Below are positions 48,480 through 59,069 of a stretch of DNA of 64,000 bases, one piece after another. Location of the stretch: positions 1,302,001 to 1,366,000 of the forward strand of contig OZ361259.1 of NCBI GenBank assembly GCA_977018835.1, in the 5' to 3' direction. The notes beneath the pieces were generated by a model. It ran no database searches. It was not told the origin of the DNA and worked only from the letters and a program-made list of their open reading frames with translations. Within the stretch, counting starts at the first letter, position 1, and every line of letters starts with the position of its first letter. Source of the stretch: Minutocellus sp. GHC0000111. Its lineage: Eukaryota. Position numbers and translations under genes: made by a program.

Positions 48480-50321
48480 TTATTTGCTGGCAGCGGCCTT
48501 GGCGGCCCACGAGCCAGCCTTGGGACCTTGCTGGGCGGGCTGCTGCTGCGGCTGAGGCTGCTGTTGAGCAGCAGCAGCAGGAGGAGGAGGTTGGGGAGAG
48601 CCCATCGGCGCACCACCGGCACCACCGGCGGGAATCAGCGGCACCACAAACGGCACCATCATGCCCGGACCGGCATGGGGCGGCACCATGACGTTGAAGG
48701 GCATCCCGTGTGGCGGCACGGCAATGGTCAATGGCTGGCCCGGCACGGCGTGCGGCGGGAGCATCACCTGAATCGTCGTCATGCCCGGCGGCAGCGATGC
48801 TGGCGGATGGTGCGGCTGCTGAGGCGGTGGCATCATCGGTCCCCCCATCATCTGCATCTGCGGCGGTCCGCCCATTGCCATCGGCCCACCCATCATCTGC
48901 ATCTGCGGCGGCATCATCGGCGATTGCACGGGCGGCTGCATCTGCACCGGAGGAGGGGAGCGGTACGCGCTGCCCATCAACTCCGCCAGCGGATCGAGGG
49001 GCTGCTGCCTCGGCGACGCGTACGGCGAGGTTGCAGACGACGTCTTGGCCGGAGTGCCACTAGTATCGCCTGCCTGAGGCGGTGGTGCCCCCTCCGCCTT
49101 GCCATCCTCGTCAATATTGAGGGCCGCCATGAGGTTCACCCCGACGCCACCACTGCCCGTACCCTCCACCTCCACTTTCTTATCCTCCTCCTCCTGTTCC
49201 TGCTCGGCCACTAGCACGCTCTCCATCACCTCGGCACTGACGGTCGCCCCGGAGGGCAGCATGGTCTTGCTGTCGTGACCCTTCCCACCACCTGTCGTAC
49301 CACCAATGAAGCTGTTGAACGCCGGCATGGGCAAGGCAGAGGGGTCGGGGCTGGACTGGAAGGCCGAGCCGGCGAAGAACCTGTCCTTGCTGCCACCACC
49401 GGAAGCGGTAGCGGTACCGGTGCCACCCTTGGCAGCACCCTTGTGGTTGGAGGTTGGTTTGGACGCCGACTTGGGCGGACGGTCCTTGCCCGTGGATTTA
49501 TTCCCGCGATCTTTGCCGGTAGATTTATTGCCCCGATCCTGCTTGCCCGTGGACTTGTTGCCCCGATCCTTGGTCCTATTCGGCTCCTTCTTCTTGTCCT
49601 TGGCGGCCTTGGCATCCGCCTTCTTCTTGCCGCCCTTCTCCACGGCCTTGTTCTTCTCCGCGGCGGCCTTCTCCTTCTTCCTGTCGACCTTCTTGGGTGT
49701 CCCGCCTCTACCGGCACTCACCCACTCCTCCTCCTCTCCATCATTATCACCATCACCGCCACCACTGCCCCCCCCGTCGTCCCACCAGCTGCTCACAATC
49801 CTTCGGATCATGTCGGGCTTGTACCCACCCGCAACCAACGCGTCGAGGTCCGAAAGGCGATGGGGAGGACAGGCGCTCCGGAGGGTTGCGAGCTCGTCCC
49901 CGTCCCCGCCGTTGTTGTTGTGGTTCTTTGGTGCCGAGGCAGACTTGGCGTTGGTAGTTTTGGAGCGCGACTTCGGGCGGGAGGACTTGTTGTGGTTCCG
50001 CGCCTTGTTGTTGGTCTTCTTCCCGTCGGTTCCGCCACTCGCGGCGGTGGTAGTGCTGTTGTTCGGCTTGCCATTGTCCCCGGACTTCTTTTGCGGCTTG
50101 TCGTTCTTCTTTGAAGCGGCGGCAGCAGGCGAAGAACGAGAAGACCCTCCACTGCCCAGCAGGCCCCGCAGGGCCGCGCCGGCGTCATGGTTGCTCGGCT
50201 CGCTGGCGGAGGGTGCCGGTGCCGGAGCCGGCGTCGGGGCAGGAGCGGCAGCAGGAGCAGAAGAAGAGCCGCCGACGCCGATGCCCAGGGCCCCCTTGAG
50301 GAAGGACGTGGCGTCGCTCAT
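48480..50321 (-). CDS. Low-complexity protein with PNRC/Edc1-like decapping-activator motif
   Basis: FFAGSAFQSSPDPSALPMPAF; N-terminal FLKGALGIG and ALRGLLG leucine motifs; KDRGNKSTG-type repeat x3; Pro/Met/Gln-rich tail. Confidence 0.7.
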   Translation of the reverse strand: MSDATSFLKGALGIGVGGSSSAPAAAPAPTPAPAPAPSASEPSNHDAGAALRGLLGSGGSSRSSPAAAASKKNDKPQKKSGDNGKPNNSTTTAASGGTDGKKTNNKARNHNKSSRPKSRSKTTNAKSASAPKNHNNNGGDGDELATLRSACPPHRLSDLDALVAGGYKPDMIRRIVSSWWDDGGGSGGGDGDNDGEEEEWVSAGRGGTPKKVDRKKEKAAAEKNKAVEKGGKKKADAKAAKDKKKEPNRTKDRGNKSTGKQDRGNKSTGKDRGNKSTGKDRPPKSASKPTSNHKGAAKGGTGTATASGGGSKDRFFAGSAFQSSPDPSALPMPAFNSFIGGTTGGGKGHDSKTMLPSGATVSAEVMESVLVAEQEQEEEDKKVEVEGTGSGGVGVNLMAALNIDEDGKAEGAPPPQAGDTSGTPAKTSSATSPYASPRQQPLDPLAELMGSAYRSPPPVQMQPPVQSPMMPPQMQMMGGPMAMGGPPQMQMMGGPMMPPPQQPHHPPASLPPGMTTIQVMLPPHAVPGQPLTIAVPPHGMPFNVMVPPHAGPGMMVPFVVPLIPAGGAGGAPMGSPQPPPPAAAAQQQPQPQQQPAQQGPKAGSWAAKAAASK

Positions 50322-51523
50322 TGTTATTGTATTGTATGCTATGGGCAAAATCTCTCGATGCAATACTCTGCAAAGAAAGAGAGAATTCTATACTATGCGC
50401 CCGTTCGTCCCCGTTGTGCAGATATCGCGCAGGGTTTGGGAGGGTGATGTGGATGGGGATGGGAGGGTGATGCGGGGCGGGTTCTTTGAAGGAATGAAAA
50501 AAAATCGGCACAAGACGTGCTGCAAATTTCAATTCATTCGCGCAAATAAGACACGATGTGTTTGGACAACACCTCTCAAGTCAAGTGCTACGGCAAGAGG
50601 AGAGGGAAAACGATGGCCGATGCGTTGGGATTGGCTCGTACACACAAAATTTGCGTCCCATCGCGTCATCATTGGCACCCCCAAACGCAGAAATCCCAGA
50701 ATTCGATTGACAAAAGGTGGTTGTTGCATGACGCACCGCAACACTGGCATGCGGCCTCCATGCGCATCGTTACGTGTGGCAGAAGCACTTTACCAGCTCA
50801 CTTGGGAGTTTCTGCCCGTCACCTGGTGGAATTTTGCTTGGTTTTTCGGATTGTTCGTCCGTTCCTTCCACTTTCTTTGCCAGTTGTGACCTTTGTGGAC
50901 TCGAAAAAAGCAATGCATTGGTACGGGAAGGAAAAGTGCCAACGACTCTGTGTGGCCTTTGCTTATCAGGGGCACGCGCAAACAGCGCCCAACAGCATGC
51001 CATTTCTTCTCCGGCAGTCGGGTGCAGGTCCAAAGTTGCCCCAACAGAGCACAACCCCACACATCTTCCCAACCGCAACTCTGTGTGCATCCCACCACCA
51101 GTAACCAGCCCAAAGACAGACATGACCATTGTTCATTGCCATTCGATTCCATTGAATTGCAATTGCAATTGAATCAGCGCATCTCTTTCTTTTTCGGCAT
51201 CTTGAAATTCCGACGTCGTCCGGGAAACGTCGCATTCCGGTGTCTCTTGCGTTCTCCGCAGCCGGCTCTTCTGTCTTGCTGTCACCGCTCTTCTTCGTGC
51301 ATCCCCCCCCCAAGCCACACAAAGCGGAGAGGAATAGACAACTTCGTCTTCTGGTCGACTTGCTACCCTTCTTGGGTTGTTTCCCCTTCCAAAGAAGCAC
51401 ATTCCGTGTACGGAAACACAAAATACTCCGGCCCCGAACGAGCACAATAAGCCTATCACCCTGCCCCTGACCACTTACTTGGATAGTATTGTTTACCAAC
51501 AGTCATTGCATTCCCATTTTCCC

Positions 51524-54500
51524 ATGGACCCCATGCCAGCAGGAGGACAGGAGGAGGGCAACATCTCCCTCGGCAGTCGCGACAGCCTCGACTCGATTGC
51601 GAGCCTCGCCTCGGACGACGGGCACGGGGGGCCGCACCGTCCGACGGTCCGACACCTGATCCCCCCCGACGACTGCGACCAACTCGACGACCAGTCGGAC
51701 GGCTCCAATTCGTCGACGGCCGACAAGTCGTCCTCGTCGTCTTCCTCGGGCGGCAGAAATTCCCCGCCCGGTCGGACCAGGACCAGCCGCGGCGGCAGCC
51801 CGACGACGTCGACGTCCTCGAACTCGCAGCGGAATTCCGGCTGGACCGAGGCGCAGGTGGTCCGAGACCACAAGCGGTCGTCGCTGATATCGCGCTCGAG
51901 CCAGTCGAGCGCCGGTGCATTGAGCTTGGCCGCATTGTCGGACTTTGGGAACGGCAGGGCCATTGCCATGAGCGGACTGGGCTCCGGCATCGGACCGGCG
52001 AACGGCCAAGGGCGGAGGTCGGACACCGGCGACGACGATCGCAACAACCATAATGAGGAGGAGGAGGCAAGTCCGAACAATACCAATACCAATGCAAATA
52101 CAACCGCAGCGGCAGCAGGAGGTCGGCCCGCCTACCACCGAGACGCCTCGGCCGCCGCGTCCCTCCGTCGAGATTCCAACTCCTCCGCCTCGTCCCAGTC
52201 GTCCCGGCGGAACTCCCAACAACAACAACAACATCACCGACGCCGGCCCAAGTTCGGCCGGGCCCCCGACTCGGGCCTCGGCCTGCGACGGGGCCAATCG
52301 TCCGACGCCAGCGCGGCCAGCGGTGGGGGGACGGCGACTCGTGCACGGCGAGCACCACGGCCAGCTCCGCGGGACCGCTGCACGGCGGCGGTGGGTTGCT
52401 GGGGCTGAGCAGCTTCCGGTCCGAGGGTGGCTTGCTCTCCTCGTCGTCAGGTGGGAATGCGGCTGCGGCGCAACCTCGGCCTCCTTCGCAACCGCAGGCT
52501 CCAACCTCCGGTGGACTGTTGGGGTCGGGCCTCGGCCTGGGCGGGACGTCGCGGTACGGCGGCAGCCTCGGCCTGGGTGGCCATCGATCTACCAGCGGCG
52601 GCGGTGGTATCGGGGGTGTCGGAGCTTCGGCTTCGACTTCGGCTTTGGCCCCACAACAGCCGCCGGCGTCGACGATATCGTACCCCCGGCAACATCCACA
52701 GCCACAACAACAAGATCAACAGCAGCAGCAACAACAAGACAACCTTCAGGACTCTACTTCCAACATGACCATGAACGATTCCGCCACCAGCTTCACCCTC
52801 CCCCTCAACGACGATCCCGACCGGCCCCGTCCCCAACCTCGGCCCCGCCAGCATCATCCTCAGCATCATCCTCAGCATCATCCTCAGCATCATCCTCAGC
52901 ATCCATCTCAGCACCATCCACAATTGGGCGGCGTCGGCGTCGCCCGGCGGGATTCCGAATCGTCCCTGCAGAGCGCCGCCACCGCCGATAGCGACCTCTC
53001 CATGGCCTCGGCCAGCACCCACACGAGCGCGTCGTCGGCGGCTGTGGCATCCGGTACTGGTAGAGGGGGTAACATCCACAACCACCACTGCCCCAACGTC
53101 CAGGCCGGCAGCGCCTACCTCGGCCGGTTGCTGGCGTCCAAGCAGCGGCAGCAGAATCAGCAGCACAACCAACAAAGGGGGAACCACTCGTCGAGCAGCG
53201 GCATGAGTCTGGGGAGCGGCCTGAGCGGAGGCTTGGGCACCGGTACCGCCGGTACAGGTGCACCGGGCAGCAGCGCCAGCGGCACGACAAGGATAGGCAA
53301 CCTCCCAGCCTTTGGGAAGGGGCTTGCCGCCGCATCCTCCTCGAAAGCATCTACTAGTACGGCAATGCCATCCACCGGCGTTCGAGACTCCAAGCAGCAA
53401 CCTCCGGTCCGGGCCTGCGACCTCTTCAAGTCCTTTGAGGACGACGTCCTTTGCGGGCGGCAGAGGCGGAACCAGCACCACCAAGCGCCCAACCGCCGCG
53501 GCTCCGCGACCAGCACGGGCAGCGGCGATCTGGTCCTACCACCACCCCCCAGCTCGTCCACCGCCGGCCTGAACGCGGCGTCGTCCATGGGATCGTCGTC
53601 GTCCACCCTCCTCGCCCTGCGCCGTCGGGCCAGCAACGTCAGCGGTGGTGGTGCCGCCCCGGCGACCATTGGTCAGCCAGGCAGTACCTTTGCCACCAAC
53701 ACCCCGGCGGCTTCGGCGGGTACCTTCCAACGGCGCCGACCACGCAAACCGACGTCGGCCTACACGTACTTCTTCCGAGAAAAGTGCAAGGAATTGGCCC
53801 AGAATGACATGTACGATGAGTACGCCTCGGCCGGATGGAAGCCCGGGAAGCGGTCGTCGACCACCGCCGCGTCGTCGGCCATGTCCTCGGCGGCTGCTTT
53901 GGCGGCGGCCGCCGCATCGGCACCTACCGCGTCGGCCGTGTCCTCCTCCGAGGGTGCCGCCCCGGCTCCCGCCCACAGCTCCATGAAGCGGCGCAAGTCC
54001 GACACCGGCGAATCGATCGATGCCACGCCCCGTCCCAGGGCCGTGTGCGAGGAGGACATGGGTAAGGCCGTGGCGCAGATGTGGCGGACCCTGTCGACCC
54101 TCGAGAAGGCCAGGTACGAGGACATGGCCGACCGCGACGCCGAGCGGTATCAGGAGGAGATCGAGGAGTACTACAAGGGCAGCAACGCGGCCATGGCGGC
54201 GTGCATGATGAACGGGCGGGCCGGGGGGCATCCGTTGCTGAGGATCGGTGCCGGTACCGCCAACGGTGCTGCTTCCAAAGGTGGGGGGCGCAACTCAATG
54301 TTCCCCCGGGCGGTTACTGCCGAATCGATGACGGATATGGTCACGACCAATTCCAACACTACCACCAGCATTGCCAGCGCCAACAACCCTCGCAAGACGG
54401 CACTCCAGCAGATGCTAGCGGCCAAGCGCACCGAGCTGCTCAACGACATTGGCAGTCTCAACCAGATCTCCAGCTCCCGCGCGGCGGCCGGCAAGCCAAT

Positions 54501-54918
54501 GATGTAGCAGAGCGCCGACGTTCGGCAGAGATTGTACAACCTCGCCTTCGGACCGGCCAGCTCGGCGGCAGCGGGTCCGAGCAACTGGAACAGAGCAAGG
54601 TTGACGGCCAGTGGCGTTGTTACCCCAACAGACAACTCTCCATGCACAACGAGGCCAACTCTTGGCGGCAGCATTTCCACCTCTGGCGTCGGACTGAGCA
54701 GCAGCCTTCCAGCATCCTTCACAGGCCCCGCCTTTGGTCGACGATCATCGTCTACGAACGTTAATGACCTCGCTGGACGATACATGAGCAGAAAGAGCGA
54801 AGTGACGATCGAGCATCTGAATGATTCCATGTCCAGTATCCACAGTGACGGCGGTTCTTTGGCCGCCGAACTGCAGGCCAAGCTCAACTCCAGCAACTCG
54901 ATGGAGCCCAAGATCTAG
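51524..54918 (+). CDS. HMG-box protein, long and low-complexity; frameshift in G-run 52325-52330; in-frame TAG 54505-54507
   Basis: RRPRKPTSAYTYFFREK...MGKAVAQMWRTLSTLEKARYEDMADRDAERYQEE. ORF 54532-54918 is in frame with 52396-54507. Confidence 0.8.
52849..52920 (+). repeat. 12 bp coding minisatellite (QHHP)n
   Basis: cagcatcatcct x4, plus degenerate copies. Confidence 0.9.
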
Positions 54919-55014
54919 TTTTGATTCATGTGCCCTGCAATTGTAATTTGTAGAATTAGTCAATTTTGTTTCCTTTGCACTTTATGTTATTGCCTAATAC
55001 TGTAGCGAGCTAGT

Positions 55015-56064
55015 CTAGGCAGAGACAGAGATGACATCATATCGCTTCTGCAGTTTTTCATAATCCTTCTGCACATCCTTGATCCGTCTCCTCGTGAGGG
55101 CAATACGGCCCTTGGTGTTCATCAGCACCTCACCATCTTTTTCGTAGTCCTTGGACTGTGCCGCCAGCGCCCGCATCTGCTCCAAGGTTTGTGCCAGAGG
55201 TAGGGCAAGCCGTTCATTCTCCTCGGTCAACTCGACTTTCTTTCGGTTGGTTCGATCGGCACAGTCTTCGAGTCGGTCAATTTCATCCCGTAGAGACCGG
55301 ATCACAGCCATGTTCTCGTCCACGATACCCTCAAAGTATACTCTGGTCTCGTCCAATCGAGTCTGATGTTGTTTCTCAAGCTCCTCCAGGTGACCTTTGC
55401 CACGATCCTCCGCTCGTCGTATATCAGCCTTGCGCTGTGCCTTGGAATCCTGCGTCATTTCCACGTGATGATTCTGACACTTGCGATCAAACTCCACCAA
55501 CTCCTCGTCTAAACGAAGTCGTTCTTCTTGCAGCTGTCGAGTGTAGCGCTTCTTGGCCTCGTGGATCTCTTCCGTGTGCAATACCTGCATCTCCTGCGTT
55601 TCTAGCACAACCTCCCTCCTGGAGCTGTGGAGGTCTTGTAGACGATTGGCATGTTGCTCCTTGGAGGCTTGGATGGCTTGAGTGCCCTCCTCATCCACCG
55701 CCTTCAGGTGATTGGCATGATCGTACTGGATTCGCTTGAGTCTATCGTCATACACCGACAGTTCTAGACTGTGATTGTTGTGCGCTTCTTCGACATTCCG
55801 TTCGGCTTGTTCCACCTCCAGCTTGATATGTTGGAGCTTGCACTGGGTAACCTCATAGTAGGACAGGACCGCGTCGTGCTCGACCTGGGCGTGCTTGGCG
55901 GCATCTAGAAGAGAGGCATGTTTGTCTTCCAACTCATTGACTGTGGACTGCAGCTCTTCAAACGATAGATTGTCGTAGGGTGTCGGTTCAGCTGGGGCTG
56001 ATGGAGGTCGCTGCCTGCCCTTTTTCTTGGCGGTTCCAGCCTTCTTCTTCTTGGGTGGCGGCAT
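55015..56064 (-). CDS. GAS8: GAS8/DRC4 (trypanin) nexin-dynein regulatory complex subunit-like
   Basis: MPPPKKKK start; coiled coil with H..EL.VY...LK..QY.H, Y...I..EN...I.SL..EI and EN.RL..PL....Y.KD...L..TK.R. Shorter than typical GAS8. Confidence 0.7.
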   Translation of the reverse strand: MPPPKKKKAGTAKKKGRQRPPSAPAEPTPYDNLSFEELQSTVNELEDKHASLLDAAKHAQVEHDAVLSYYEVTQCKLQHIKLEVEQAERNVEEAHNNHSLELSVYDDRLKRIQYDHANHLKAVDEEGTQAIQASKEQHANRLQDLHSSRREVVLETQEMQVLHTEEIHEAKKRYTRQLQEERLRLDEELVEFDRKCQNHHVEMTQDSKAQRKADIRRAEDRGKGHLEELEKQHQTRLDETRVYFEGIVDENMAVIRSLRDEIDRLEDCADRTNRKKVELTEENERLALPLAQTLEQMRALAAQSKDYEKDGEVLMNTKGRIALTRRRIKDVQKDYEKLQKRYDVISVSA

Positions 56065-56312
56065 CGTATGTATCGTCCTGGAGCGGAGCGGTACGATTGG
56101 GAGATTTGTGGAAAGCTTTGCTTCTTTCCTCTTGGTTGTGGCACCAGTCTATTGGTTACAGTACATTTTGTACATTCTACGTCGTAATGTTCGCATCTCA
56201 TGTTTGTCACATGTCGTCATCAACTCATCACTTGACGCTGACGCCGACCCTCAAGCTTTCCGCCTCTCAGATTATTTACATTTCAACTCACTTTGCCTAC
56301 CATATCAATTTC

Positions 56313-56936
56313 TCACAGACCACCGCTCAGACCATGCGAGCAAGCGCCAAAGGTCTTGCGTACCTGGAGACACATTCTCTCAGCACTGGGATCTCTCCCG
56401 AGCGCCCCATCGGCACACTTGGACATCCACGAGTGGATCATGGGAGGACAAATGTCGGCGCCACTTATTGCACTCGATGCCGTGCCCGCAGATGACAGGG
56501 GCGGGACGAGGTTGTCCAGCAGTGGCAGAGAGGCCTCCACGAGCTCAATCTGCGGCCGGGTGATGCGGGAGGGACTCATGGCCAGTATGTCAGTTACTGC
56601 CGCCCGCTGCTGCTGGTTCTGGTTGGTGTTCTGGTTGGGTATCGGAGAGGCACATCTTGTGCTGGTTGATGCATTACCGGCCGAAGTGCTCCCACCTGTT
56701 ATCATGGATGCAGGCAGAGCAGGACGATCGGCCTGGCCACTGAGCGTCGTCTTGGATGGGGCGGCAGTATCCCCGTAGGAAGAGGTGGGTGCGCCATTTG
56801 CATGACCAGAACTATGGCCCGTCTCCGAATGGGCGCTCGTAGTATTTGGCGATGTCCGCATGCTCGACGAGGATGGCGCCGGCCGCAGGGTCCCGCAGCG
56901 GGCCAAATTGGTGCTCGGTATGTTCAGGCAGGGCAT
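56313..56936 (-). CDS. Hypothetical protein, possibly spliced near CLQ|gtacgc
   Basis: 207-aa ATG ORF; low-complexity N-terminus and a helical C-terminus. Confidence 0.4.
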   Translation of the reverse strand: MPCLNIPSTNLARCGTLRPAPSSSSMRTSPNTTSAHSETGHSSGHANGAPTSSYGDTAAPSKTTLSGQADRPALPASMITGGSTSAGNASTSTRCASPIPNQNTNQNQQQRAAVTDILAMSPSRITRPQIELVEASLPLLDNLVPPLSSAGTASSAISGADICPPMIHSWMSKCADGALGRDPSAERMCLQVRKTFGACSHGLSGGL

Positions 56937-57635
56937 CTTCTATTTGTAAATCACTTCCACGTATCAATGGTGGGACTGTGGTGGTACAGGGTCTTTCTCG
57001 GATAAGTGGCTGATGGTCTTTTGCTTCTCGTCCAAATTCTGAAGTTTGTGTGATTTTGTTCTCGCGCCGCCGGGAAAGCAAGAAAGCAAGTTGATGCGAT
57101 GTCGCATTTTGCTCTTGTGCTGCTTCGACGCAACGCATCTCTGACTCATTCGAATGGTGACGTGTCTAGTGGATCGGGGAGGAACACATCGGCCCCTCTT
57201 AGTGGCTACGACAAACATCTTGTGTCGATGTCGCGGCAGATCGACACTTTGTTGAAGCAGAGATAAAGATACGCAACGACGAGTGGACATACTCGTGGGG
57301 TATGTAAACGCGCACGAAAAGGAAGGCAAAATATTCATCATTTATGCGGCTATTGGCGAAAGATCGACAAAAGCATCGATCTTTCATCATGTGCCAAACG
57401 TCCAGGTAGGTCTCAATCCCACGAGACATCTTCCGGACAGTCGCAGTGCAGAGGCGTCAAGCATCCGGTCCCGCAATGACGAGAACGCGTCAATGATAGA
57501 TGGCGCAAAGTCCGAATGAACAAAAGTACATTTCTTCACAGCAACAAATCAAACCATATCCATATCAAAACAATATATCCTAAGACGCGACATCAAACGA
57601 GAACTCGGAGAAGATCGCTACTTTGCTACAGAACA

Positions 57636-58807
57636 ATGATGAAGACGATTGCTCTCATCATTATCATCATCACCGCCGCCGCCACCCTGGCCGCTGCGAA
57701 GTCAACTCCACAGCTAGTCCGACTGGCCGGCACGCAGCCCAACTACATTTATCCGGATGCCGAATACTGCATCGTCCCGCAAGACAATGAAAGAAAAGCA
57801 AAACTCAAGCTGAAATGGTGCAAGGATCGTCTGCAGGAGAACAAGCGCAACTGGATCATCGATGGGAACTTGTGGAAATCGGCCGAAGAACCCAATCTTT
57901 GCGTCGAGGTGGCCAAGGTCAAGCGCGACAAGGTCCTCCGTCTCAACAAGTGCCGCAACAAGGGCAAACAAAAGTGGACCTTTGACGATGCCGGCAAGAA
58001 GGACGAGATTGTCATCAAACCCAAGAAAATCTTGACCTCTGCATCGCGTACGAGTCTGACGATAGAGACAAAACGGACTGGTACGACGACAACAACGGTG
58101 CCGGGTCGGCCTCGGCGGGAGATGATATTCTGCTCGTCGACTGCGACAAGGTTGTCGATTGCGACACGCAGGACAGCCCCTGCTTGGGACGACCAGTCAG
58201 ATAGGAGATTACGGATACTGCGGGCGATAATGGTACCGGAGAAGGCGATAAGGACAAATGCAAATTGCTTCAGTTTCCAAATGTCAAGGGTGAGCTCTGT
58301 CTGCATGCCATGTGGGGATATACCGACCACGGGACATTGCTCGATGCCGTAATGTGCGACGAAGATGACGACGCCCAGTGCTGGTGTTCGGACGATCTAG
58401 ACCGGTGAGTTGCGCAGTCATGAATATTGCTTGTTTTGAATCGATCCGTTGAACTAATGATTTCATCTTCTGCTGTTAAATTATATTTCTTTTACCATCA
58501 GAATTCAGCCCATGGCAGAAAAAGGTCTTTGTGTCGAGGCAGATTGCATGCGAGAGGGTGGTAAAACTGTGGGGTGAGGTTGCAGTACTGCGAGCAGAAC
58601 GAATCAAAGCAGCTATGGAAAACAAGTAAGATTGTAAAAATTTTTGGTGGAGAAAAGGCCCCGCTCCGTCCTGAATCTAGCTCGGACTTTTGTCTGTATG
58701 TCGACCCTGATAGTAAGGCCGGCGTTGAGAAAACACCCTCGACTCTGAATGGTGAGGATGTCACCTTGACCGATGGCTGCAGTACAAAGATTTCTGCTCT
58801 TGATTGA
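57636..58807 (+). pseudogene. Secreted ricin-B (beta-trefoil) lectin-like protein; intron 58405-58501; frameshifts ~58027 and ~58572; TAG 58202-58204
   Basis: Signal peptide; NLCVEV..LRLNKC....QKWTF, LCLHAM..C.....QCW and GLCVEA..LQYC....KQLW repeats across the frames. Confidence 0.7.
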
Positions 58808-59069
58808 ATAGATCTATAGATGTATTGAGAGAGGAGAGGAGCCTTTATACTTATATCACGTGGAGTTTAGAGTACATAATTGGTTTAGAAAGTTCTTATT
58901 GAATTGACAACGAACGTTGCTGCTGCACAAAGAACTGCAGAACCGAGCAGCAGCGCAGGTTGTGACAGATCTCACGGTCGACTGCAAGACCAAGAACGAA
59001 AAAAAACGCAAAAACACAAGATGTGTGCATGTGTGCTCTCTTCTCTCCGGTGAACCAAGATGCGCCGAA

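Noticed and set aside
49275..50889. Long antisense ORFs (49306-50889, 29563-30729, 52447-53484, 62844-63752)
   Set aside because: They are shadows of GC-rich coding sequence on the opposite strand.
5495..58204. Alternative genetic code (TAG/TGA reassigned)
   Set aside because: TAG, TGA and TAA all terminate intact genes in this window, and the in-frame stops are too rare and inconsistent in implied residue.
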